A stretch of 64,000 bases of DNA. It comes from the human T2T-CHM13v2.0 reference genome, Homo sapiens. Positions within the stretch are counted from its first letter, which is position 1; every line of letters begins with the position of its first letter. The notes under the pieces are model-generated. The model was given only the letters and a program-made list of their open reading frames with translations, was not told the origin of the DNA and did not search any database. The stretch lies in NCBI RefSeq assembly GCF_009914755.1, contig NC_060929.1, one strand, 5' to 3'. Shown piece after piece: positions 46,809 through 60,557 of this stretch. Position numbers and translations under genes: made by a program.

Positions 46809-48245
46809 CCTACCATTACATTCTTAATAACATAATAAATATTTATTAGTTTTATCACAACCTGACATTTAAATAAGAGCCATGAAGTCTTATAATGCAT
46901 ATATTGTACCACTACAGTAGCATGCTATAGAGAAGATATTCAAATATGATTCTTTCTTTTAAAAATTCAGTTAACTGTTTTGTAGGCTAGGAAGACTATC
47001 TTTGCTAAAATTATTCTATTTTAGCATAAAACATGCAACAACTTGGACAGTCAATTTTAAGAAAATTATCATGGAAAAAGTAACTACATTGGAGACAAAT
47101 CTTAATATAGAGCAGAGAATTTCAACCTTTGGGAGAAGTTACACCTCTTTGGGAAGCTGAAAAAAAATTATAGATCTGAAGTGCATCTTATAAATATGTA
47201 TGTTGCCCAAAAACACAAATATTTACAAACAAGTTTTCAGAGTTTATGAAATATTTGAATCCTATTCCAAGTTTAAAACCTTTGACATACAGAGTAACAA
47301 ACCCATCACACTCACAAGGGTGATAACTGATCTCCCAGTAGTCAATATGTTATTTCTGCAGTCTTGATTTAATTTTCTGGAGTTTCTATGTTATTTCTGG
47401 AGTCTTGATTTAATTTTCTCAATTCTACTTACCCAAGAAGTGTTTCTATTTTCAAGTACTAGATCAAGTCCTAATTCCTCCAGAAAATCATCTTTGATTT
47501 TAAGTGTCTTCCAAACTTTAATGGCAATTATTATCTGTATCATTCATTTATCTTTCAACCTATAAAAATTATTCTAAGTTTCCGACTTCATAGGCACTAA
47601 GTCTCTTGGAGGCAAGGTTTGTGTATTACAACAATTTCCATTTCCAGTGCCTAGCATAAAGGAAAGCACATTTATAATGACAGCCAACACATACTGATTA
47701 ATATTGAAATCATTTTATTATTTTAAAAGGTAACTACATACTTTTTTATGCAATCCCAAATATTATGAAGTGATACCATTAAATATTGGTTTCCTGAGGC
47801 CCAAGTGTTCGTAATTTGGATTCCATTGACTTGTATCAGATCATGTTATTTTGTTTCCTTATACTTCTTTTGGTTTGTATGCATTTACTCAACCTTCCTG
47901 CTACACTGATGAACCCTGAAAGTGAAGAGTACATGTCTCAAAGCCAAAGGATACCAGCTGATGTCACTGAAAAGTATAGTAGCCATTCTTCTTTATTATA
48001 GATCACTTTGCCCCATTCTGTTTTCAAAAAGCTAAATGGAAATGACCTCACAAGGAGAGGTACTTAGCTCTCCCAATTATTGTATTCCAGAGAAACAAAG
48101 TGTGTGTTCCAGAGAAACAAAGGGAAACTAAATATCGGAAGATGCATATTTATATTTTAAGCTATCCTCAACTGGCAGCTATCCCTATGATGATTTTCAA
48201 ATAGTTAATTATTTACAATACAAACGTTGGAGGAAGGAATTCTTT

Positions 48246-48990
48246 TTTTTATTATTATACTTTAAGTTTTAGGGTACATGTGCACATTGTGCAGGTTAGT
48301 TACATATGTATACATGTGCCATGCTGGTGCACTGCACCCACTAACTCGTCATCTAGCATTAGGTATATCTCCCAGTGCTATCCCTCCCCCCTCCCCCCAC
48401 CCCACAACAGTCCCCAGAGTGTGATATTCCCCTTCCTGTGTCCATGTGATCTCATTGTTCAATTCCCACCTATGAGTGAGAATATGCGGTGTTTGGTATT
48501 TTGTTCTTGTGATAGTTTACTGAGAATGATGTTTTCCAATTTCATCCATGTCCCTACAAAGGACATGAACTCATCATTTTTTATGGCTGCATAGTATTCC
48601 ATGGTGTATATGTGCCACATCAGAGAAATGCAAATCAAAACCACAATGAGATACCATCTCACACCACTTAGAATGGCAATCATTAAAAAGTCTGGAAACA
48701 ACAGGTGCTGGAGAGGATGTGGAGAAATAGGAACACTTTTACACTGTTGGTGGGACTGTAAACTAGTTCAACCATTGTGGAAGTCAGTGTGGCGATTCCT
48801 CAGGGATCTAGAACTGGAAATACCATTTGACCCAGCCATCCCATTACTGGGTATATACCCAAAGGACTATAAATCATGCTGCTATAAAGACACATGCACA
48901 CGTATGTTTATTGTGGCATTATTCACAATAGCAAAGACTTGGAACCAACCCAAATGTCCAACAATGATAGACTGGATTAAGAAAATGTGG
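48246..48990 (-). mobile_element. L1PA2-like 5'-inverted (twin-primed) insertion: 48246-48620 minus, 48618-48990 plus
   Basis: TSD ggaaggaattcttt at 48232-48245 and 48989-49002; 3' UTR gctagatgacGAGttagtggg; orientation switch at ccacat|cagagaaatg. Confidence 0.97.
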
Positions 48991-51900
48991 AAGGAATTCT
49001 TTAATGTAATTTTATTTTTATTAAAAATTCTTCAGTAAAATTAGAAAAAAAAACTTGCCATATCAATAGTCATCACCAAATTAGTATGTTTTATACTCTG
49101 TGGTAGAAATAGTCTCAATTATGATTCAGGGTATTGCAGATAATCCGCAGTCTTATGAGCACTCCAAATTCAAGTGTAGGGAGAAATGGTTACTGTAATA
49201 AAATAAGTCCAGTAATCATTTTTAAAACATAGCTATTTAGCCTTAGGTTTATTCTTGTTATGTATAGCAGGTCCGGAAAAATGATGTACCAATGGCTCCC
49301 CAAATACTGTTTTTCCTGTATGGCTAAGGCAGTTAGTAACAATGGACATCTGTTGTTCATGTGATACTCATCCATGACAATCAAGAATCCTTTAGTAACC
49401 CAGACTGCTATTTTCCAAAAGTTCCTCCCTCAATATCTTATCTTGCGGATCAGAAGTCTATATTTTCATTTGTATCCTGGAAGATGATGAATTCCCCCAT
49501 TTATTAATTCCTGTTATACATAACTATTTATCCGTCTGTCTCCTAATTTCCTAGGAAAACATAAATCCGTCATATTAATGAAATCAGTGATAAACTTCAG
49601 TTAAAAAGTAGAAATACACTTGTAATATCCATGTCTGAATACAAACTAGAGTTCTCTGTATTTTGTAATGCTGGTGGCAGGTCATGATATTCATTCACAA
49701 AAGCTGCCAAAGGAGACACAAAAAGAAAGCGAAAACTTGAAATAGGTCACTTCTTCACGTTGACAATGGTTGTGGTTTAAAGTTACCTCAGGCTTTTTTG
49801 CTATTGATAAATCTTTCAAATATATTCATCTCTCACTTATTTAGGGACTGATTATCCAATTTGTGAACTATCCCTGTGGCTTCTCCTCTTTTCTCTAATG
49901 ATTTCTCCTCTGCCTATTTCCTTAAATCGTTTTAATACTAAATGAGCTGCATGAAAACAGAAAAGAAGCTAAAGCAGCAAAATTTGATACATATAAACAG
50001 TACTGCAAAAGAATTTCATTTGTGCTCATATGTTTTTGAATTTTCAATTTTCTGTTACCCCACTTCCATATTTCACACTCCAGATTATGTCACCCCACCC
50101 AACTCCCAATAATTTGAAATTCAAATTTGGAAATTCATCTATTGGTTCATTTAGTTGGAAACTGCATATTCACAGGTGGAGAGTGGAATATATTTCAAAA
50201 CCACAGAGAAAAAAAAAAAAACGTAATTCAACTTCGTTAATTTGTTTTTAATTTTCCAAAGCTGGAAATTGTCTCTATATCTCAATTGATGAGTTTCTGA
50301 GCTAAAAACAAAACAAAACAAAACAAAACATCATTTCCTGTAACCAGATTTCACTGCTTTCATTCTAAGCAAGATGATATAAATAACAATGAGTAGTCAA
50401 GTATTTATTCACATAAAACAATCACATTTACATTAATTGTTTAACAGAAATCTTTGCAAATTAAGCACTCTGACCTGATAATTCTAGGCATCTCAATATA
50501 GTGAATCATGATCTTTTGGGAATAGAGAGTGAGAGAAAAAGTGACCTCAGAGAAGTAAAGTATAAACATTCATTTTACGCAGATGGCTATAGGTTTTGCT
50601 CTGGACATTTAATATCTTATTCCAAATATAAACCAAAGCCAGAAACAATACTGGGATATGTTTTATGCCTCAATTGCAGAAAGGCTTATTGAAAACACAC
50701 TGAAACTTCATAGAGATGCTAGTGTGGGTACAGAATGTAGTGTTTAATTGCAAGACTACAGAATAAAACAGTTGATTGAAAGCATTCTCAGTGGATCATT
50801 CTAGCCTCTTCTCACAATTCTCGCCTGAAGCCCCTTGATAAAATTTGTTATAAGCTTAAGGAATAAAGCTATATTAATGATTTTCTGAATATATCTAATT
50901 TAAAAAGTACAGCTGTTTCTCAAAATCATGAAACTAACTTTAAAGCCAAATACACGTGGTTTGAGGTTAATTACTATTTTCAATTATCTATGTCTTGGCT
51001 CTTCTCTGATCAGAAGAAAGATGAAGGAAGAGTATTATGGCCTGATCTCATTTCCGTCCTCAAGAAATTCTGATTACAAACGAATCTCCTATGGTGATGA
51101 CTTGCAAAATAGCTTGAAATGCAACAGTTATTCAACTCAAAACACCAAAATTATTTTTCCAAAATGACTTCAGCAAATCATGAACTAAAATAAAAGAACG
51201 TCTATAAAGACATTTTTAAAAGCACTATGCTAAATAATTTTACATACCCAGGAAGTATGCAAATGAAAATGACTAAAAGAGGTATTTGGTATATAACAAT
51301 GTTTTTCTTGAAAAAAAAAAAAAAGATGGCATTTTTTTTCCTCCAAAGGCTTTTATGGCCAAGTATTGGAAGACTGGCAGTTCATACACATTTTACATTT
51401 AACAGGAAAGAATAAACTGGGAATAACTTCTCAGATAAATCTTCACAATGCAATGCCAAACTGTGGGCATAACGTGATAATACATGGAGCACTTATAATC
51501 TATGAGATCACCCAACTTTCAGGAAACGAATAATGGAAAAGTAGAAAAACTTATCAGATGCTCAATTTGAAGTTTGAGAAAAGTTAAGGGTATTTTAAGG
51601 GCTGAGAGTGCGCCTAAAATAGTAAAAAATTAAAATAACAACAATAGTCACAAGGACAATAAACACTAATATCATGTACTGATTTGGCTCCTGTATGTTA
51701 AGAACTATAATTAAATAGTTTATTCTATTTAATCTTCTATGAGTAAGATATTATTATTTTTACTTTACAGAAAATAAGATTTTCTCAGCGTTTAAAGAAC
51801 ACTTTCAAAGTGATATATTCAGTAATGTTGGAAGTTGGCCACAAAATTTAAGTCTTTTGCATTGATAAAACCATAATCTTTGTTTTACATTACATTGAAG

Positions 51901-53149
51901 ATCCAGGAAAAGAAGAAAGAGAAGTTAATGAAAAAATATCCTTTGGCTCTTCCATTAAATAAAAAACAAACTTGGTTGATTGAAATATATGTGTGATACA
52001 TCCAAATAGGAAAAGAAAATAGGAAAAATAGCTCCATTTTTCCTTCGATTTTTTAATCAAAATAAAGTAACTATATTACCATAAACATACAACCATGCTT
52101 CCAAACACAATCAAAAACCTAGAAATGTTGCTTACTCTACTTATCCCACAAATGTGTCCTAAATACCTCAGCATTTATTGTAGTCTTAAAGATGCCTGTG
52201 ACAAAGGCAAGTCTGTGGAAATGTTGTTATCATTTATAATGGCAAACTTTTAGTAGGAGCTAGAGGTGGGAGCAGTGATTTCAAAAATACTTGGCAAGCC
52301 CTAAATCAAATTTTGAAAAACAGAAAAACATATATATTTATACTTACTAACGGCTGCCATATAAGTTAAGAGAACACAAGCTATAAAGTCAGACCAAACC
52401 AGCTTTCAATTGCTTGCACATGTTTTATAGAAATGTTAGAAATGTGTGACCTTGGACAAGTTAATAATGTCTGTCAACCTCTGCATTAGTTAGGGTGATG
52501 CTAGGAGTTCAACAACTAAACACTAGTATCTCAGGTTTTTAAAACACAAGTTAATCATGTTCATTTAAAGTCCAACGGATGTACCTCATGGACAACTGTC
52601 TCTTCTCCAAGTAGAAATTCCAGGACTCAAGTTCCTTCCATCTGTGGTTCCACTGTCTTCCACGAGTGGTGACCATGGGTTAAGTCAGAGAATGGAAAGG
52701 AGAATGGAAGAGAAAGTGTGGTGAAGTTTTATGGGCCAGGCATAGAAATAAAGCATGCTATTTCCATTCATATTCCATTGGCATGAACTTGGCCCTGCCA
52801 CTTCATTTCCCACTTTTTAGGTAGAGTGAACAAAATGGTATGGTGAACTCTAGAGGAACCTCTTAACAATTTCTGCCACAGCCTTAATTTCCTTTTGTAA
52901 AATTGAGAGAAAATCTAATTTGTAGTGTTTTGTGAAGGTTACTTGAGAAAATGCAGATGACAAATTTAGGAGAAATGTTTTCATATTGTAAATATTTACT
53001 AAGGAGTAACCATTATTAGTTGTTTTACTAGTTCTCATCAACATCTTCCTAGCAGCAAGCATTACCAATTTCTAGGAATATAAATTAATTTAAAAAAAGA
53101 CATTCCAATGAGACTATAGCTTTTCCCTCCCCAACCCAACCTGTTCCAG

Positions 53150-54250
53150 AGTCTACTCATTCATTTGCTACAAAGTATATTGTAGACTTACTATCTGTCA
53201 GAAACTGTTCTCTCTGGTGAAATAACAAAGCGTAAGCTCTGATGCATTTTCTCAGGAGCTCATTATACTAGAAGAGGCAGAACACAGATGGGAAATTCAG
53301 ATATAATAGTTTAGGAATGATGAAAAAGATAAAGTAGCTAATGCACTTAGTAGATTTCTTGCCATGTTATAAGCAATCAATAATACTAATAGTGACATAA
53401 GTGCAGGAAGCCATTGTTGCACTGAAAATCTACTAAACAAGCTTACAAAATGAAGTCAGGGAAGGAATCCTGGAAGATACGGGTGTGTGTTGTGGTGAGG
53501 GGTGGGGATGAATACTAAAGAAAGGGACACGGAGGTATTCCTCCTGCTAAGAGGATGTGATAAGCAGAAGCACAGAGGCATTACAAAATGGAAATAGCTT
53601 ATACCTGAACTAGAAGCCTATAGTGATTGTGGGAACAAAGAGGTTTAGAATGCTTTGTATGATATTTTAAGGAGCTAGATTGATTTCTGTAAACAATGGG
53701 AAGTCATTTGAGAGGCTTTAAACAGAGAAGTAGCATAGCAAGATATTTGCTAGAGCAGTGAGAATAACGGATTTGAAAAACATAAGGCTAACATAAACAA
53801 AGAGCAGTTAGAGAACACGTGTAATTCACCCAATGTAAGGAAGGCAATGAAGTTATGAGCTAGAGCAAGATGGTCTGTAGTATTCTTTCTAAACATTAAT
53901 GACTCAAGTCTAATCATGAGAAAACATTTTGAAAGAACAAATTCCATATTATATTTAGGAAGTAAAATAATCAGGACTTAATAATTGATTGTATAGGTGA
54001 GCTGATAGAGAGTCTAACTTAAATGGCTAGATGAATGGTGCTGCAGTTGAGACTGATCAAAAAATAAAATAAAAAAAAAGGAGAGACAGCAATCTAGACG
54101 GGATATAAAGAGTTCACTTTTTAACATATTGGGTTTGAAGCACCATGCAGACTTACAGGTAGGAGCATTCGGTGGGGAGTTAAACATGAAAGTCTGAAAC
54201 AGCAATCTAGGGTGAAATTATCATTTTGAGAGTAATTACTATTTTAGTAG
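53150..54250 (-). mobile_element. L2 fragments
   Basis: ctcattcatttg, caatgggaagtcatttgagaggctttaaacag, gagttcactttttaacatattgggtttga. Confidence 0.7.
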
Positions 54251-54439
54251 TAGTGAAATCTTATTCCTTCCTGGTATTTGCTTTGAAAATGGTTTTAGCA
54301 CTTAACTGGTAGAAAAATTGATTTTTTTCTTAAGTGAGGAATCTATAATCAGTCACATCAAACTCCTAAAGTAGTAGAAGTAATGAGAAGAAGTAGAAAC
54401 CAAGCCTCCTAAGAAATATTTTCATACACAGGCACTAAT

Positions 54440-55710
54440 CTCGTTTAAAATTGCTTCCATTGTCTTGGAAGGGCCTAGAAGCAGTGCCACTTCTATACCC
54501 TGGTAGCAATGAGCGTATCTGGCACCCACATCACAATTCTAAATACTGTTCTTCAACAAAAATAACTATGGATCCCTAGAAAAATTGCAGATTCAAACTG
54601 GGGAAGAGAGAATACACGGTGAATCGAACATTGTGTAGTGCCAGAAAATAAGGAAGTGCTAAAAAATATACGGTATCCTAACAAAAGAATTAGCTAAAGC
54701 TAGATCAATTTGAGAAACAAAATAAATGACAATAGTATCGAATAGGAACTGAATAAATATGAATCTACGCTGATGTAAATGAATGAATGAATGAATTAGC
54801 TGGGGAAGATTTCATTTATAGAAGAATTTCAAATAATAAATGCAGAATAAATGAGGGAGATAGAAGAAATGAGGGAGATAGAAAAAAAATCACCACTAGA
54901 ATACCCCAGTAATATTTGCTACAGCCAAGCTCCATTGAAGAATGTTAAAATTAGTGGACTAAACTTTAAGGACAAACAGGATATTTGCATAACCTAAATA
55001 TAACTTCCCCAAAATACTTATTAATTAATGTGGTGATTTGAACTCAGGCCCACAAATTCTTTGATATTCCTCTCTCGGGTGGTAGAGATTAATTTCTCTC
55101 TCCTTGAGTATAAACTGTACTTAGTGACTTTCTTCTAATGAACAGAGTATGGGAAAGGAAAAATAGTATCTTTACAGTGGAGAAATCTGGTAAACATCAC
55201 CTTAATCAAGTGATGAAGGTTAATATCACCAGTGATAAGTTATGTTGATGTTATGTAACCCTAGTTAGATACAATGAGAAGAGCACTTCATCTAAGCAGC
55301 ATTTTTCCTAAGTGAATAATGCAGTCTAACCATAAGAAAACATTGTAAAAGAACAAATTCTACAAAATACTTGCCCAGTACTCTTCAAGGCGTCAAGGTG
55401 GCAAAAAACAAGGAAAGACTAAGAAACATCATATATTCCTAAAGAAGCATGACAACTAATAGTGATGTGGTATGCATATTTAATCCTACAATAGGAAAAG
55501 GACATTAGTGGAAAAACTGGTGAAATATAAACTCTGTAGTGTAGCTAGTGTTGTACTAATGTACCCAATCTAATTTCTTAGATTTGAGAAATATACTATA
55601 TTTATGTAAGATGTTAACATTTTCAGAAGCTGAGTGAAAGTTATGTAAGTACCCTATATAATATTTTACTATTCTATAAATCTAAAATTATTTTCAAATT
55701 AATTTTTTTA
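54440..55710 (+). mobile_element. Old L1 3' UTR (L1MC/L1MD-like)
   Basis: tttacagtggagaaatctgg..caccttaatcaagtgat, ggacattagtggaaaaactggtgaaat, end tctaaaattatt. Confidence 0.85.
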
Positions 55711-57198
55711 AATTTTCTGACTAGTATCAGAAGACAAATACGGAGAGCATTATGGAACTAAACTATGTGAGGAAACTTTAAAATACATATATATATATAA
55801 TGATTATTATTATCAAAGCCAGTTCTGTTATATAAATTCATTTACAGTCGAAAGGGAGGGAGGATAGGAACATAAATACAAAAAATGACCAAGCAAATCT
55901 CAGCAAAATTCCAATAGCCTCCCCCTCCACTTCATGTTTGAGCAAGTGAGAGAAAATCATTAGTTCATTCAAACTTCATCCCCATAATATTGCTCCTTTA
56001 CAAGTATCCTTGCAGTCCCTGTATCTGACAAGTCTACAGTACCCTATCTAACAAACCAAATGAAGGTACTTTAAGGATCTATTCATTCATTCAATCTATT
56101 ATTTATTGAGCATCTCTTATGTGCCAGGCATCCTTCCAGATGGTTGGGATACATCAATCCTAGTTAAAACTGGATTAGACAATACACAGTACATAATCCA
56201 ATCCTCTGATTATTCAGATAAGGAAACTGAGATCACAGATGTAAACCAAAGTCACAGAGAAACTTAATGTCAGAACCAGATTAGAAACCAGTCTCTTTTT
56301 CACCAGCCTTCTCAACTCAAACAATGATTCTGGGTTGAGGACAGACATTGAGAGAGGTGTAAATGTGTTTGTTTTCTCTATAACTAGGAAATACTTCTTC
56401 AATCTAAAAGGGTGATTTCAGTTCAAGATAATGATGCATTCAAAGAGTTCTTGCTTCTAGCAATCTTTATTCCAGAAACTGGAAACTCACACTTCCAATT
56501 TCTGAAAATTCTTGTTAGGTAATTCTCATAATTGTTCCACCTTTTTTTTTTTTTCCTCCAGAAGTGAAAAGTCAGGCTTGGAAGGTTAAATGCTTTTTTG
56601 AGCTCATTTAATGAGATAGTGACAAAGCTGAAAATAGAAGTCTCCTGATTCCTCATGTTTGCCTTATTTCACCTCATGTTATCACACTGAATTAAATTAT
56701 ATTTTTCTGTAGTACTCTATCAGGAAAAGGTGTCCTGAATAATTGTAAAGCATGGGGGATAAAAAATCTAATGGAGCTTTATTATTTATTTATGAACCCA
56801 AAAACATGAGGATATTCAGTTTACGTTCAGAGGACAATTAGTAAAACGTAATTTGTAGAACTAGGTCTATATGACTACAGTAAGTGGGAATTAAATATTT
56901 GATAAATAAAGCATTCTGGAAACATTTTGAATACCACATAAATACAAACCTTTCACCCAAAAAACATAACGAATCTAGTAGTTTGAATCTTTGATTTTGC
57001 CAACAAGAATCAAAATACATTATTTGGCAATATAAGTGGATTTTTTAATAAATAGTTTAACCTAATATAAGCATTTGAGTATTAACATTTGAATAACCTA
57101 AGCAGAAAAAAAATTGTTTTACTTATCATTTAGTGAAATCCACTAATTAGGAACAACTGTAGACGACCAATAGTGTATCTTAAGATTAATTCTTTTTC

Positions 57199-57438
57199 TT
57201 GGGAGGCTGAGGCAGGCAGATCACGAGGTCAGGAGATCGAGACCATCCTGGCTAACACGGTGAAACCCCGTCTCTACTAAAAAATACAAAAAAATTAGCC
57301 AGACGTGGTGGCGGGCGCCTGTAGTCTCAGCTACGCAGGAGGCTGAGGCAGGAGAATGGCGTGAACCCAGGAGGCCGAGATCGCGCCACTGCACTCCAGC
57401 CTGGGCGACAGAGGGAGACTTCGTCTTAAAAAAAAAAA
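57199..57438 (+). mobile_element. AluY, 5'-truncated, with ~16-nt internal deletion
   Basis: Diagnostics gagatcgagaccatcctggctaacacgg and gagaatggcgtgaaccc; many CpGs retained. Confidence 0.95.
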
Positions 57439-58169
57439 GGGACCCAATTTTAAATGGATCTAAACTTTCTAAAAAGAAAAGAAAGTAAATAATTAAGCAA
57501 CAAATACAAGCCATGTGAAAGGAATTGTTTTAAAAAAGATTTTTCTGAGTGCTATGGGTCAGTTTGTGGATGGGATGAATGCTTTAAAAACTGTTGCTCA
57601 CCATAATGAAAGATAAAAGGTACTAATCATCTTTTATAATTTCAAAATTCACCATTAAAGTCTAGCTGTGCCCATATTTAGACACTCACATTTTCCTAAT
57701 TTTAAAAAATGCACCTGTAGCAGAATTTTTTCTCCAAAAAGACAGAGCCAGCTGGAGAGAGAGAGACAATTAAAGCTGATTGGATGACTCAGCAATAAAA
57801 ATAGGAAGCTAGCTGGATGAGAAAGGATGAGCTGCAAGGAAACAGATTGCCAGGGAGGGGTTTCTTTGAAAAAAAGAAAAAGAGATAAAAAGGAACCCAT
57901 CAACATGAAAGAAAAAGAGATAAAAAGAAGCCCATCAACATGAACACCAGGACTGAAGTTAGACTTTTCAGCTAATGGAGAATCCATTTCTGAAATTAAA
58001 AGAGTAAACCGTTTATTCATGGTCAAATTGTATATAAGGTTATACAATTAATACCTATTATGCTTTCGTAAGTAGTCGATAGAACAATAATGATACCGAA
58101 GCAGGAGTCTGGTATTTATCAAAGGACAACTAGGCCTTTCTTCCATTAAGTGATGGCACTCCACTCCTT

Positions 58170-58510
58170 CCTGCAGCAGGAACTAGTGTCTTGTCCTTTT
58201 GCCGGGAACATATCTCCTTCCTCTTTCTCTTCTCAACTCCCCACTCATCACTCAAAACTCCACCAGCTTCATGATTACACCTAGCCAAAGATTAATTTTA
58301 TTCTTCAGACTGTGTCAGTCTCCTTTCATAATACACCACTTTTCAAATACTGTCTCCTCCTTCATAGCCCAAGAATATATGTGTTTAATTTTAATGTTTT
58401 TAATATCATGTCTTATGTTAAATTGTAGGATCCATAAGAGGAGAACTGTGTCTTTCTCCTTGACACTGAACAAGCAGGCACTCAGTAAATATTCATTGCT
58501 GAATGAATGA
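58170..58510 (+). mobile_element. L2 3' end
   Basis: gcaggcactcagtaaatatt..tgaatgaatga terminus. Confidence 0.65.
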
Positions 58511-58864
58511 TTCCTGGAGAGAGACTAATGAGTCAGAGATGCAATCCTGCCTGCCACTAATCAGTTCCATTATTTTTAGACAAGTTCACTTTGTCTCTTC
58601 ATGTCTTAGCTTCCCCTCACATCACTTCCATCTCTGAGACTTTCATAAATAGGTTATCTAATACCCTTTGTTTGATTTAGACATGAGATTCTCAAGAAAC
58701 TTTAATCTCAAGTACTACAATAATAGTATCCTCAATTCTTTTCCCATCTTCTATTATTTCTGCAGCTGGGTAAAAAGGCAGTTCTTCTTTCAGGTAGAGA
58801 AACATCTCCTCGTGTTTGAAGTAAAGAATCCTAACTATTATAATTCAAAAGTGTGATGAGATCA

Positions 58865-59680
58865 TTTAACTATTCATTCAACAAATAATGACTATAAATT
58901 TACTAACTCCTTTACGTTGTTTTAGGCAAAGAGGACAACACAATAATGAAACAAAATCTCATGTTCCTAGAGCTCTCATTCTGGAAGAGAGAGAGAGAAA
59001 CAAATGTATACTACATGAAGTGATAAATGCTATGAACAAAAAATAGAACACAGCAGGATGGATGAGTAATGATGAAGAGAGGATTATTGCTTTATATAAA
59101 GTAGTCAAGGAAGATCTCAATGATAATTTGACATTTGACAGAGATTTGAAAGAAGTGAAAGATGAGAAGATACCTGGTGAAAGCATATTCCTGGCAGAGT
59201 TAAGAACTCATATAAAAACCATGAGTCAAGGGCACTCTTGGCAAGTTCCACGTAGTGCAGGGAGATAGTGTGGCTAGAGGAAATAAACAAGGACTCTGTA
59301 ATACAAGGTGAGGTCATAGAGGTAGCCAAGTCAGATAATGCAGGACCTTATGGGCCTCTTGATTAGATTAGAGGCCATTGGAACATTTGAAACTGTGAGA
59401 TGCTATGATTTGGCTTAGGCTCTCAAAGAAATGTTCTGGCTGCTGTATGAAACATAAGCCTAAGTATGGCAAGTGTAGAAGTAATAAAACACTTAGGAGG
59501 GTTACAATAACCCACGCAAGAGATTATGGTGGCTCCATACAATAGTAAGGGTATATAGCTGGTTAGAAGTGGTCAGACTCCAGATTTATTTTGAAAATAG
59601 AGCCAATGCATTAGAGATGGAAACAGTGAGAAAGAGTAGTTAAGTAATCAGTGGAATAGAATGGACTACAATTGACAGTG
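58865..59680 (-). mobile_element. L2 fragment
   Basis: attcattcaacaaata, gtagtcaaggaagatctc, gacatttgacagagatttgaa, ctggctgctgtatg. Confidence 0.75.
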
Positions 59681-60277
59681 AGGATCTAGGAATGCACCTA
59701 TTTCACTTGCATACCCTGAGAATGAGCAGAGGAAAAGAGAAAGTCACCACTTGCAAGGGCTACAGGTGAAGCATTGCCCCTCAAGTGTCACTGGGTTTTG
59801 GTTTAACAGGAAAAAAAAGTGAGTGGGATATTTAAAGAAGAATTGGAAGACAGAGGGATTCTATTGATAGAGACCTCAAAACCCACAGGACCTAGTGGAA
59901 AGTGTGAAGGATGGGGCTGGAGAGGGGCATTAGATGGGGTCAGAATCATGGATGTATGGAGCCATTTGGGAATGAGAAACATCTAGTAGCCTGGGCCCTC
60001 TTGTGTTTATGGAGGCAAGCAGGGATGTAGGGCACACTGGAACAAGTCTAGATGGTACCTTAGGTCAACTGTGGTAAGTAATGAGGCTGGGAATAACTCT
60101 AGGGGAAGGCAAGGCCTCTTCTTGCCATGAATCTGTGGCTTTCTGAGATAATGAGAAGGCATATGCACCCTCTTCTGTCCTCAGGCTCCTGTTCAAAATA
60201 TTTCTCTTAGTTTTCCTCATAAAATTGTTTGATCTAATAGTGTGTAGCTGTTAAAGCAAGGCTACATGTTGGTATTA

Positions 60278-60557
<280 letters not shown>

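Noticed and set aside
57655-58047. 130-aa minus-strand ORF
   Set aside because: Low-complexity F/L/S-rich translation of a purine-rich tract and tandem duplication, with no recognisable domain
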